44,237 nt of DNA from positions 1 through 44,237 of the IMG/VR virus record IMGVR_UViG_3300035670_000421, one strand, 5' to 3'. This DNA comes from a virus (Duplodnaviria > Caudoviricetes). Below are positions 1 to 9,506 of the stretch, in pieces. Position numbers and translations under genes: made by a program. The number at the start of each line of letters is the position of its first letter. Positions within the stretch are counted from its first letter, which is position 1. A model generated the notes under the pieces. The model was not told where the DNA came from. It did no database searches and saw only the letters and a program-made list of their open reading frames with translations.

Positions 1-28
1 GACGAACTGCCAATCTTCAGGCGTCATG
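1..28 (+). repeat. 28-bp terminal overlap, identical to 44210-44237 (circular contig)
   Basis: GACGAACTGCCAATCTTCAGGCGTCATG at both ends; the minus-strand reading frame is continuous across the join (MTPEDWQFV). Confidence 0.95.
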
Positions 29-3000
29 TGTTCGCGCAGGATGTTATTCACTTGCGCCTCAGTCACCTGATAACCAGCCATGATCCGCTGCCTGTTGCCG
101 GCATTACCCCAGTTGAGGGCCAGCGACAACACGCCTTGCTTTGTCAGTACGCCAAAGGCTTTGGTTTTTGTCTCATACCGTTTTTTCATCAAGTCTACTT
201 TCCGGTATGGCTTGAACAAATCCAGCATGGACTTCAGGGCCTGCTGCTGCATTTCAGCCTCAGCATCAGCCGCCTTGTTCAATGGCAATACAAGGGCCTC
301 CCACAAGGGGCCAGAATCCTTGTACCCGTCAAGCTGCCTGACCAGTGATGGTATCTTGACCAGCTCGGCGCCAAACGCCCGCAGGGTGCGTTTCTTACGC
401 TCACCCGGAAGCTCAGTCTCGACATCCCGGCCCTTCAGATCCTTGTTATGCTCATGCAGCGACAGGACGGCCTCGGCCTTCCAGTCGGCAAATTCCATCT
501 TCTTGCCGTTGATGTCGATGGCAAGCCAGCGCTTGGCCTTGTGTTCGATATGCTTCATGGCATCAATGACACCACGCATTTCCTCAATCGTGATGTCCTT
601 GTAATGCCGATGGGAAGCTTGCTCGACAAGCCATGCAGGCAGGTCAATGCCAATACCTTGCTCTTCCTTGTCGGCAATCCATTCAGCCAGGCTCTTACGC
701 TTGTCGATAGCCTTCAGGCTGGTTGACCGCTTGAAGTCATACTGTTCCCGCAGGGCATCAATCTGCTCCAGGTAATCCCGGCCAGCCTTGCCGATCTTCT
801 GCCGCACGGCAACCTTGTCAAACTTGCGCTGGTACTCCACGCCCTTATCAGCATCATCACGAGCCTCAAGCGCTTCCCGGTACATGTAGTGGTTCATCAG
901 CTGCCGGCGCTTGTGAAGGGCGGCCTCATCAAACTTCTTGAGGGCTATCGCCTTGCCAGCCGCCTTGGCCTCACGAACCTCAGCGCTCAGGTAGTGGTTG
1001 GGGTTGATGTCGCGCAGGCGCTTCTTGCCGATAGCCATGCGGGCAGCTTGTTGCATCGCCTCACGGGGAGGCGTCCTGCCGAAAACGCTCTTGCCTTTTC
1101 GTTGCAGGTATTTCAATTCCAGCTCCATGACTTCAGCCCGCTTCTCGTTGTGGATGGCCGCATTGGCCTCATCAACAACAGACCCGTCATTGAGCATGTC
1201 GCCATACTTGTCCAGCATGGCCTGATCAGTCAGCTCTTCAATATGCTGTTTCCGGTTTGGCGCCTCCATCAGCGCCTGCACCATTTCCCTGCCATTGGCA
1301 AAGCCAAAATCAGGAGCCAGCAAGTCGGGATGGACGCCGCCGGTTTTCTGGTAGATGTACGGCCTCGGCAATGCCGACAGCACACCCTCGCCAAACATAT
1401 CAACCAGGGCTTCTTTGTTCAGGCGCTGGGGCTCAAATCCTTCCGGCAGGCTGCCATTCAAAAGCTCTTTGTGCTGCAAGTAATGGAGCGCCATGAAGCG
1501 GGGCTGCCTGTTAACCGAAGCCTCGACTTCTTTACGCATAACCTCGCGCTCGGCCTTCCACCAATCCTTACGCTGCCTGATGATTTCATTCATGACACGG
1601 GTGCGAAGCCGTGATTCATCTTCCATGATGGCGTCATTGGCTTTCTGGATATAGGCAGCCTTTTCCTCATCAGTCATGATGTCAGCATTGAGGATGTCGG
1701 TATTGATGGCATTGCGTTGACGCGCCTCGGCAATCTCTTCCTCGGTCGCAATCAGCCTATCCATCACCCCGCGCATTTCATCATTGAGAGTATTGTCAAG
1801 ACGAAGGCGCTTATAAATATGCTTGAGCCACGCAGAGAAACGCTCAAACACTCGCTGCAAAGCAAGGCTCGGCGCCTTGCCTTCCATGACATACGCTTCC
1901 CAGCCATCGGCAAATTTCTCATGGAATGCCCTCGCAATCGCGCTTTCAATCTTGTCACTTGTCATTTCAATGCCGCCGCGATCAGCCTGCCCTACAACCT
2001 GGTCATCCGTCACGCTTTCGATTTCAGCATCCGTCAGGCCATTCTGCATCTGGTCGCGCTTCAGCAGATTCCGGATATGCGCCGGATCAGATTTCATCCA
2101 CTCCATCGACTTGATGAAATCATCACGGATTTCCTGTGGGGCATCCGGCAGGCTGGCAAAGAACTTCATGTTCTGGAAGAAAATATGCCCGCCCTCATGC
2201 AGCAAGGATGATCTATCTGAAGCCTTGCCAAGCTTGACGATGGATGACTGGTAAGCCTTTGTGGCCAGCTGCACGCTGGCACGGGTGCCGGGTTGGAACA
2301 TCGGCAGGCCTTGCCCTGCCACCAGCTCGCGCATCTTGTCGGTAATGTCGAAGCCGGGTTGGCTCAATGAGCCAGGGTTTTCCGTGATCCACGCTTTTGC
2401 GTCATTTATCGTGTCAAATGGGCCGGAAAGTTTCTCTTTTGTGGATCTCTCAACAACATAGATTCCATCCCAATTGCGTGAATCATCGGCCTGCGTTACT
2501 ACCATCCTACTTCCAGCGAACTCATCGCCAATCGGTATGTCTACGGAGCCAACCTTCCCGCCCATCCCCTTGATAATCTTGTCTGCAGCCTTCGGCACGA
2601 TCTGGTTGTAAAAGGATTTCATGCCTTCGCCGCCGACTTTGAGGCCTTCGCCATCAATAGTCACAGCGCCTTTTCGCACATCGGTTTCCATTATCTTCTT
2701 GGCCATTTCCTTTCCAATAACATCGGAAAGATCCTTGCCAATCAGATCAGGATGCTTGTTTGCGGCATCAACAATTCCGTCATTTCCAACACCAAGATTT
2801 ACATGGCTATTATTGAAGTCTATGACCACGGCCCTGGACTCTTCGCCGGTTCTATTGTCAGTGCGGCGAGCAACCTCTATTGACCTGGCCTGCTTACTCA
2901 AATCATACCGATCAGCCTGCTGATCGCCAGTAGTCCACGCTACACGATCAAAGCCATTCTCTGCCGCATAGGTAATCATGCGCTTCAGCGACAGCGATAC

Positions 3001-6000
3001 CCAGGCATCGGTGCTGGTGACGAAGGGGGCGGAGGGAACTTGCCCGGCCAATATACCGCCGACACCAGTTGTGTCCTCATAATCAAGGCGATTCATATTT
3101 GGATCTTCTTCGGCTATATAGGCTTCAGCCTCTTTGCCGGTAGCGAACCTCGCAACCTCCACTCTTCTGTTGTTTTCGGTGGTGAAAACAACCACAGGCT
3201 TGCCTTTGCTCGCCTCGGCAAATCCTTCCTTCCTTCCCTTCTGCGCCCAATCACTCTGGATCTCTTCAATGAACAGGACGCGCTTGCCTTCTGCATCGGT
3301 ACGCTCGTTGAAGCGAACATGGGCGAGGATGTTGGGCTGGTCGAAGTGGCCGGACTTAAAGTTATTTTTCCCCTTTGCCGCCCTCTTAGTGTCGTTTGCT
3401 GATCGCTTCACAAAGTCGTCGGCATCTTCTTTTGTTTTTAGTCTGGCTATAGATAGATTGCCGTTTTTATAATAAACATGAAAGAACCCATTGGACTCAT
3501 CTATCCTGTAATCTTCCGGCGCAAGATAATCGCCATCCCGCTCAGGCAGCGTCAGCAAAAGCTCGCGGTAATTCTCGCCGCCAGGCAGGACATACTGGCC
3601 GAATTTTGTTTCTTCTGCTTTCTTACCATCTTCAGTATGCAGATCGGCCCACTCATCAACAAGTCTCTGCACATTTTCAGGAAGGTCATCGTAATCAATT
3701 GGGTCATCGTTTTCGTCAAGCAAGTAATTCTGGCCATCCATGTCATCTTCAAATCTATAACCAAGCTCACGCAACTCATTGGCAACATCGGAGCGCCGGC
3801 CCTCGTTATATCTTTGCTGGTAAGAATCACCGCCAAGCACAGTCTCTTCAACCTGCACCCCATTCTGATTCAGGTAATCAACAATCTGCTGCTTAGTGAC
3901 GGGCTTGCCCTGAAGCTTCAGGTAATCTTCAAGGCCGCTCCACTTGATTTCATCAGGCTTGACGCCTGGAGTCTTTTTGATAGCCGCCAGCATCTGGTCA
4001 GGAGAACCCTTCTCCTGCTTCAGGTCCATGGCAGCCTTTGTCAGGGCAGAATAAAAGCCAAGGGGGGATTTTTTGGGATTGGCAGACTGGAAAAACGCAG
4101 CGCCCTCCCTGCCGCCGGCATCATTTCCGGTGGCGCCAGTATCGCGCATCCACTTGATGCCAACCTTATCCTGGTTCAGCCATTCGCGCATACGCGCATG
4201 GGCATCGCCAAGGATCTTGCTTAAGTCTGTCTGTGGAAGCGCGCCACCATTGACGGTGAGTTTTGTTCTTAGCGTTTCCGCGCCGCCGGCCCCGGTAGCA
4301 ACTTCGGCCCATCCGTTTTTCTTGAATGACTGGAATGTAAGGCCGCCCTTGCTTGGGCCATCCATTGATGCAAGCGTTCCATCATTGAACATGGTGACAA
4401 GCAGCGCAGGCTCGGCAGTCAGCCCAGCCTCGATTTGCTCCTTACCAAAGTATTCGATGTTAAGCCTTGCCTCACTGTAGACATCATCAGGAGGCAGGAT
4501 TTCAGCCCTTACCCTGTAACCGGAGAATGGCCCCAAGGTCTCGTTATATTCAACCGACTGATCCGGCTTTCTTCCAAGCTTGTTGATCGACTGGTCGCTA
4601 AATCTCTTAATCGCTTTGATTCTTTCAGTTGTTGCTGAATAGACTCGTCTTTTCGATCCGCCTCCACCAGCCTCATCAGCTCCTTGCGATTCTCCTCCCT
4701 CAAGAAAATCGGATAAGAACTCGCGGGATTCACTTTCCGTGGTTTTCCGGTAGTCGGATCTGGATATGTCTGCACTGTCATTGCGATCACCTAAAATCTT
4801 TTGCCGCTGGGCTTTGGCATCTTCTGGGCTGATAATCCCGCTTGATTCAAAGAAGTCGATTTCTGCCAACTTCTCCTTATCCCTGCCGCTTATCCTGTCA
4901 CCAATTGATACCAACGATTCCAGTATACGCCCTGTTGAGTTTTCGTCAACATTGTTCGGCTGAAAAAGAATGTTCGGATTGCTTGCATCAAATGTGCCAA
5001 CATTGCCAGTTGCGGATTTGATTTGCTCAGGGCGGAAGGCGACAAAATTTCCCATTTCGTCAATGATGCCGTCATGGCCGCCACCCCTGGCGTCAGCAAT
5101 CATCTGATCAACTTCCGCCTTTTCTGTTAGCTCAGTCGTGAACACCCGCAACGGATTCCGGATCGACAAATACACCGGATATACTGCGGGAGCGGTTTCG
5201 GTAGAACTGCGCGACAGCCCGGAGGCGTAATCTTTGCTGCGAGAAAAATAGATGCCAGCACGGGCGGAATCATATGTGTTGCGCGTACCGCTTCGAGCCG
5301 GATCAAATTCAGAAAAACCGCCGTATGGTGTCCCATGATAAACCACCATCGGCTTGCCATCTTCATCGACAACCTTGCTATCGCCAAACCACTTTTTGAA
5401 GGCCTCGGTTTCGGTTTGATCGGTAGCCGGCTTGCCCTGCTCCAACGCCATCCTTACGGCCTCGGCATCCTGTTCAGTCGGATTGCCAGACAGGATGCGC
5501 TTCAGGGTGGCCCGGTCAATCGCCTTGGGATCAATGCCATTCTGGCCAAAGAATTCATCCAGCTCGGCAAATGATCGCTGCTTGGCGGCAAGCTCTTCAT
5601 TCATTTCTTTCATCGGGTAGATTGGCTTGCCCTGCAATTCGTCAGTCATGGCATTCAACAGGGTGTTGATAGACACCCGGCCATAGTCATCGAACTGGAC
5701 ATCACGGCCTTCAAAATAACCAGAAGAGCTGGCAATCTCTGCAAGATCATCAAGTGTTCTGCCATCTTCTCGAAGCGCGAGTTTTTGGTTTGATTTGCGC
5801 TGACCAATCTTGTCAATGTCAAGTCCGCGCAGCTCGCCTCTATCGTCACGAACACCAAGCCTGCGAACCATCTCAACTAGCGATTCTGCATTATTGTAAA
5901 TTTTCTTATCCGTGATTGGCTCGGCCTTTAAATACTCATTCAGGAACAGATCAAGCTCATCCACCGTCTTGCCCTGCAGGGTGAAGGGAACATCGCCCTC

Positions 6001-7839
6001 GATGCCAACAGGCCGCATCCTGAACATGTCCATCGCCGTGCGATTGCCGCCGTCAGCCTTGTTGAAGGTGTCGGCCATCGTCTGGTAGTGGGCAGCAAAG
6101 GCCTTGGCATCAGTCTCTATATCGCCCTCCCTGCCAATATACGAAGCATTGGCAGTCAGCTGGCCACGGATGTCCTCAAAGACTTCGCTGTAGGATTGTT
6201 CGCGGGTTACTCTCTCATTTGTGCCATCAGCAATTGTCTGGACATCTGTGGCCAGGCGCTCGGCAGCTTCCTCATCGGCAATCCTTGCAGATTCAACCGA
6301 CTCATCGCGGTTTCTCAGCTTGATATGATCTGCAAGCTGGTTGTGATAATCCGGCGCTATATCAGCAGCATAAACCTCTATCGGGACAATCACGCTGGTA
6401 TTCAGCGAAGATGCCTCCCGGTATTGCTGCCCAACACCAAGCCTCTCTGCCACTTGGGCAGCGCTTTCCTGATCTGACTGGAAAAGCTCATTGAACTTTT
6501 CAACAGGGATAAACACGCCCTCGATGTCCGACTTGTCTGCCATAGAGCGCAGGTAGGACCTGAACTTGTCAGGCGCACGCTCCCGCAATGTGGAGTTTTT
6601 TGACGCATCTATGATCGAGTCAATCTGTTCTTTGTTTTTGAGCGCTCTTTTTGTTTCTACGCCGCCAGCTACAGCGCCACCAGCAGCGCCGCCATAAATG
6701 CCACCAGCCACAGCGCCGGCAACGCCGCGCTCACCGGCCTGCATGGGATCAATCTCGGCTCCAGTGCCAACGCGCTCGCCAAGATACTCAATGACGCCTT
6801 CCTGGATGAATTCAGTAACGGCCTCTCGCTTGCCTGCCTTGGCGGCCTCCTTGGCAGCCCTTCCTATGATTTGCTTCAGCGCCTCCTTTCCTACATTCTC
6901 GACAGCATCCTTTCCGATTTTTGCAAGGCCTTCAGGAAAAACCCTCTCAAGTAGCGCAGACCCGGTTGCAAACGGAAGAGCCTCAAGCGTATCGGAAATG
7001 TCAGCTGCTTCTTTGCCTTTGTTCTTTGCCCTTTCATCGCCAATTTCATTGGAGAATGAAAGTATGTAGGCAGGCAGCGAAAATACGGCAGCAACCATGT
7101 CAGGGACGGAAGCTATGCCCTGCTCGGCAGCATAAGAAAATACCTCGCCAATACCGGAAGTCACGCCCTCTTGTGAAAATGACTCCTTGACGCTATCCCA
7201 TGTGTGCTGGGGAACCGCATCAATGACGCTGGATAGATCATGGAGAGCTGCGCCAGAATCCCTTGTGAAGTCAAAAGACTCGCCGCTATCCCGCATTTTT
7301 TTGAAATCATCGGGAGCAAGGTAGCGAGGCAGATAATTGTTTTCAGGATCAAAGACAAACCCGCCAAGCGGCATGGCGCTTTCCGCCGCGTTTCCAGCCT
7401 GATCGAGAAAATCAACAAAGTTGGCGCCAACAGTAACAGCCCGCTCGCCAAACCTTCTGGCAGCTGTGTTAAAGAATCCGCGTTCTGCAGCCTTCAGGTT
7501 TTCAATATCATCCCTTGCAAGCTTCGCCATATCGGGATCATTGGCAAGGCTGCCAGCAAGGTACGGACTTTCATCCAGTAGCTTGTCATAATCATTGGCC
7601 TCATACTCAGCCTTTGCCAAAGCTTCAGCCTGGTTCCTTTCAACAGTATCAGTCGGCAGGCCTGTGCGCTTGCTGATGTCGTAAACCTTGGCATACGAAT
7701 CAGGATTGACTCGCGCCGCAGAATTCATGCTCGACTTCAGCGCAACAGCTTTCTCATTCTTTTCGGCATCAAGAATGTCATCATACTCATTGCGATCATC
7801 GCCAGATTCATCAAGAAGGCTGTCATATTCATTGGTCAC
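1..7839 (-). CDS. Giant polyvalent internal virion/ejection protein, N-terminal 2613 codons (continues through the junction to 42656; ~3130 aa total)
   Basis: GTG at 7839 overlaps the upstream TGA; the ORF track shows no terminated ORF in this frame and it is in frame with 42656..44236. Motifs: N-terminal NPDSYAKV..TGLP..DDIENL (LPD22-like, from recall), WFGDSKVVD..YHGT..GIYFS..QIKSATGN (ART-PolyVal-like), IEEIQSDW domain, HEGGH + HEKFADGWEAY zincin-like motif; T7 gp16-like position. Confidence 0.9.
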   Translation of the reverse strand, partial: MTNEYDSLLDESGDDRNEYDDILDAEKNEKAVALKSSMNSAARVNPDSYAKVYDISKRTGLPTDTVERNQAEALAKAEYEANDYDKLLDESPYLAGSLANDPDMAKLARDDIENLKAAERGFFNTAARRFGERAVTVGANFVDFLDQAGNAAESAMPLGGFVFDPENNYLPRYLAPDDFKKMRDSGESFDFTRDSGAALHDLSSVIDAVPQHTWDSVKESFSQEGVTSGIGEVFSYAAEQGIASVPDMVAAVFSLPAYILSFSNEIGDERAKNKGKEAADISDTLEALPFATGSALLERVFPEGLAKIGKDAVENVGKEALKQIIGRAAKEAAKAGKREAVTEFIQEGVIEYLGERVGTGAEIDPMQAGERGVAGAVAGGIYGGAAGGAVAGGVETKRALKNKEQIDSIIDASKNSTLRERAPDKFRSYLRSMADKSDIEGVFIPVEKFNELFQSDQESAAQVAERLGVGQQYREASSLNTSVIVPIEVYAADIAPDYHNQLADHIKLRNRDESVESARIADEEAAERLATDVQTIADGTNERVTREQSYSEVFEDIRGQLTANASYIGREGDIETDAKAFAAHYQTMADTFNKADGGNRTAMDMFRMRPVGIEGDVPFTLQGKTVDELDLFLNEYLKAEPITDKKIYNNAESLVEMVRRLGVRDDRGELRGLDIDKIGQRKSNQKLALREDGRTLDDLAEIASSSGYFEGRDVQFDDYGRVSINTLLNAMTDELQGKPIYPMKEMNEELAAKQRSFAELDEFFGQNGIDPKAIDRATLKRILSGNPTEQDAEAVRMALEQGKPATDQTETEAFKKWFGDSKVVDEDGKPMVVYHGTPYGGFSEFDPARSGTRNTYDSARAGIYFSRSKDYASGLSRSSTETAPAVYPVYLSIRNPLRVFTTELTEKAEVDQMIADARGGGHDGIIDEMGNFVAFRPEQIKSATGNVGTFDASNPNILFQPNNVDENSTGRILESLVSIGDRISGRDKEKLAEIDFFESSGIISPEDAKAQRQKILGDRNDSADISRSDYRKTTESESREFLSDFLEGGESQGADEAGGGGSKRRVYSATTERIKAIKRFSDQSINKLGRKPDQSVEYNETLGPFSGYRVRAEILPPDDVYSEARLNIEYFGKEQIEAGLTAEPALLVTMFNDGTLASMDGPSKGGLTFQSFKKNGWAEVATGAGGAETLRTKLTVNGGALPQTDLSKILGDAHARMREWLNQDKVGIKWMRDTGATGNDAGGREGAAFFQSANPKKSPLGFYSALTKAAMDLKQEKGSPDQMLAAIKKTPGVKPDEIKWSGLEDYLKLQGKPVTKQQIVDYLNQNGVQVEETVLGGDSYQQRYNEGRRSDVANELRELGYRFEDDMDGQNYLLDENDDPIDYDDLPENVQRLVDEWADLHTEDGKKAEETKFGQYVLPGGENYRELLLTLPERDGDYLAPEDYRIDESNGFFHVYYKNGNLSIARLKTKEDADDFVKRSANDTKRAAKGKNNFKSGHFDQPNILAHVRFNERTDAEGKRVLFIEEIQSDWAQKGRKEGFAEASKGKPVVVFTTENNRRVEVARFATGKEAEAYIAEEDPNMNRLDYEDTTGVGGILAGQVPSAPFVTSTDAWVSLSLKRMITYAAENGFDRVAWTTGDQQADRYDLSKQARSIEVARRTDNRTGEESRAVVIDFNNSHVNLGVGNDGIVDAANKHPDLIGKDLSDVIGKEMAKKIMETDVRKGAVTIDGEGLKVGGEGMKSFYNQIVPKAADKIIKGMGGKVGSVDIPIGDEFAGSRMVVTQADDSRNWDGIYVVERSTKEKLSGPFDTINDAKAWITENPGSLSQPGFDITDKMRELVAGQGLPMFQPGTRASVQLATKAYQSSIVKLGKASDRSSLLHEGGHIFFQNMKFFASLPDAPQEIRDDFIKSMEWMKSDPAHIRNLLKRDQMQNGLTDAEIESVTDDQVVGQADRGGIEMTSDKIESAIARAFHEKFADGWEAYVMEGKAPSLALQRVFERFSAWLKHIYKRLRLDNTLNDEMRGVMDRLIATEEEIAEARQRNAINTDILNADIMTDEEKAAYIQKANDAIMEDESRLRTRVMNEIIRQRKDWWKAEREVMRKEVEASVNRQPRFMALHYLQHKELLNGSLPEGFEPQRLNKEALVDMFGEGVLSALPRPYIYQKTGGVHPDLLAPDFGFANGREMVQALMEAPNRKQHIEELTDQAMLDKYGDMLNDGSVVDEANAAIHNEKRAEVMELELKYLQRKGKSVFGRTPPREAMQQAARMAIGKKRLRDINPNHYLSAEVREAKAAGKAIALKKFDEAALHKRRQLMNHYMYREALEARDDADKGVEYQRKFDKVAVRQKIGKAGRDYLEQIDALREQYDFKRSTSLKAIDKRKSLAEWIADKEEQGIGIDLPAWLVEQASHRHYKDITIEEMRGVIDAMKHIEHKAKRWLAIDINGKKMEFADWKAEAVLSLHEHNKDLKGRDVETELPGERKKRTLRAFGAELVKIPSLVRQLDGYKDSGPLWEALVLPLNKAADAEAEMQQQALKSMLDLFKPYRKVDLMKKRYETKTKAFGVLTKQGVLSLALNWGNAGNRQRIMAGYQVTEAQVNNILREHMTPEDWQFV
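4509..4781 (-). CDS. Putative nested (overprinted) 90-aa helical protein in an alternative frame of the giant gene
   Basis: AGGTGAT SD at 4786-4792 well spaced from ATG 4781; charged amphipathic sequence LREENRKELMRLVEADRKDESIQQQLKESKRLRDL; host frame is low-complexity here (EGGESQGADEAGGGGS); promoter upstream. Confidence 0.6.
   Translation of the reverse strand: MTVQTYPDPTTGKPRKVNPASSYPIFLREENRKELMRLVEADRKDESIQQQLKESKRLRDLATSRSTSLEESRISRLNITRPWGHSPVTG
4922..4949 (-). promoter_or_regulatory. Intragenic sigma70-like promoter with overlapping 15-bp operator (4935-4949)
   Basis: TTGACG-16 nt-TATACT on minus strand; palindrome TTGAG-TTTTC-GTCAA covers the -35. Confidence 0.65.
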
Positions 7840-9503
7840 TGTCTTGTCACCTTTTTCAGATAAAGGTTAGAAATAGCCTCTTCAGTAGGCTCAATGCCCC
7901 GGCGCCGAAGCGTATCTTCAATTTTCTTGCGCTCAATCTCAGGAACCCTTGGCGCTTCATCCATGAAGAATGTTTCCCCGGATTCAACCTCAAACAATCG
8001 CTTGTCTGGATCGCGCAATATATTGCCCTTAACCTCACCGCTGATCATCATCTTGTCGATAATGGCATCAACCTCTTGAGGCTTGATTTTCCTGCCTTCA
8101 GCGTTTTCAAGTGCAGAAATATCATCCTGCAATTTACGCATGAACAGCTGGCCTTTGTCATCATCCACATCAACACCAATGTTTTTCAGGGCCTTCGATG
8201 CCTTGGAATCAATGGACTGGATATGGGTGAGTTGTGTCTTATCGCCGCTGGCAATAGATCGCTGAAGCTTGCCGAATTCCTGAAAATCAGACTGGTCAAG
8301 CTTGCCGACATAATCCATCAGCTCGATACGCTTGAACTCTTCCGGCTTGGTTGCCGCCATCCTGTTCAATTGATTCCATGTTGCAAGATCGGTTTTCCTT
8401 GCGCCAGACTTCATGGAAGCTTCAAGCTCTTTCAGGTTTTTCTGCTGGTCAAATGTCATATCATGCCAGCGATTCCTTGGGATTGAATCAACAGAGCCAC
8501 CATCCAGGACCATCTTGCCGGCCTCGTTGTAGGCCGCCTTGTTTATCTCGCCCTTGGCTGCATCATCCTCATCCCTGCGAATCTTGAGCCGGCGAATCGC
8601 CTCATCGGCCAGCTGGGTATCATCACCTGCAGCCTCGCGCACGGACTTGGTAAGCTCGTTGATCGGCACGCCGCTTTTGTAAATCTCATCGACCATGCGC
8701 CGGGATTTATTGTTGCGAACACCATCCTCAAGCTGGCCTTCAATCTTGTTCTTGACTTCAGGATCTTGGATGTACGCCTTGACGCCAGGCTTCTCGGCAT
8801 TGCCATTATAAAAATCATTGGCCCGCTCAAAGTCATTGCTGGCCATCATGCGATTGATGATGGTTTGGTAGGCGCCATCGTAGAACCCCTGCTTTTTGGC
8901 AGCCAGCTCTTCAGGCGTCATGTTTCGATCCATGCCATAGCTGATGATTTCAGCCTCGCCTTCCTTGAGCGCGATACGCATACGCTCTTCATCCATGTAG
9001 CTATTGGCTGCCCTCGCAGAAGCAACAGTCAATGTGGATTCATGGGTGGCATCTTCCCATGCCCGAAGCCCGCGACTTGCATGCCGATCAATATCAACAT
9101 CAAAATCAGCAAGATAAGAATCCATCCTGTCAATGGCTGCTTTTCGCTGATTTTCATTATCCAGCTCGGCAAGGGCGGCCTCTTTCAGCGCCTGCAATTG
9201 CTTCTTTGTATCGGCAGACCGATCAAACGCATCCTTGCCGGATGAATTCAAATAACCCTCTTTCGGGTCATTCATCAATGTATTGCCGTTGGTATAAAGC
9301 TTCTTGATGGCCTCTTTTGCCCTGCCGGTGTCAAGGTCATCCTGCCGCTTGGCTTGCTCCTCAGTTATCTTTTGGCCCAGCTCACTCAGCCCCTTTCCAA
9401 ACCCAGCACCAAAAGCTTCAGGGCTTGCCTGAACAGTGAACCTCGCGCCAGGCATGGGCGAATTCTGAACTCTGGCAAGGGCATAGGTTTCGACTTTTGG
9501 CAT
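7836..9503 (-). CDS. Internal virion/ejection protein (T7 gp15-like position)
   Basis: 555-aa alpha-helical protein between the small ejection protein and the giant protein. Confidence 0.7.
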   Translation of the reverse strand: MPKVETYALARVQNSPMPGARFTVQASPEAFGAGFGKGLSELGQKITEEQAKRQDDLDTGRAKEAIKKLYTNGNTLMNDPKEGYLNSSGKDAFDRSADTKKQLQALKEAALAELDNENQRKAAIDRMDSYLADFDVDIDRHASRGLRAWEDATHESTLTVASARAANSYMDEERMRIALKEGEAEIISYGMDRNMTPEELAAKKQGFYDGAYQTIINRMMASNDFERANDFYNGNAEKPGVKAYIQDPEVKNKIEGQLEDGVRNNKSRRMVDEIYKSGVPINELTKSVREAAGDDTQLADEAIRRLKIRRDEDDAAKGEINKAAYNEAGKMVLDGGSVDSIPRNRWHDMTFDQQKNLKELEASMKSGARKTDLATWNQLNRMAATKPEEFKRIELMDYVGKLDQSDFQEFGKLQRSIASGDKTQLTHIQSIDSKASKALKNIGVDVDDDKGQLFMRKLQDDISALENAEGRKIKPQEVDAIIDKMMISGEVKGNILRDPDKRLFEVESGETFFMDEAPRVPEIERKKIEDTLRRRGIEPTEEAISNLYLKKVTRQ

Positions 9504-9506
9504 CTA

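Noticed and set aside
3552-3863. Other alternative-frame minus-strand ORFs in the giant gene (1764, 3114, 3552, 4890, 5127, 5655, 6402, 6891, 7161, 7494)
   Set aside because: Met/Ser/Arg/Cys-rich off-frame composition and no promoter+SD noticed, unlike 4509..4781
4867-4879. In-frame internal TTG start of the giant protein after TAAGGAG
   Set aside because: Only 3 nt between SD and TTG, too short for efficient initiation; not fully excluded
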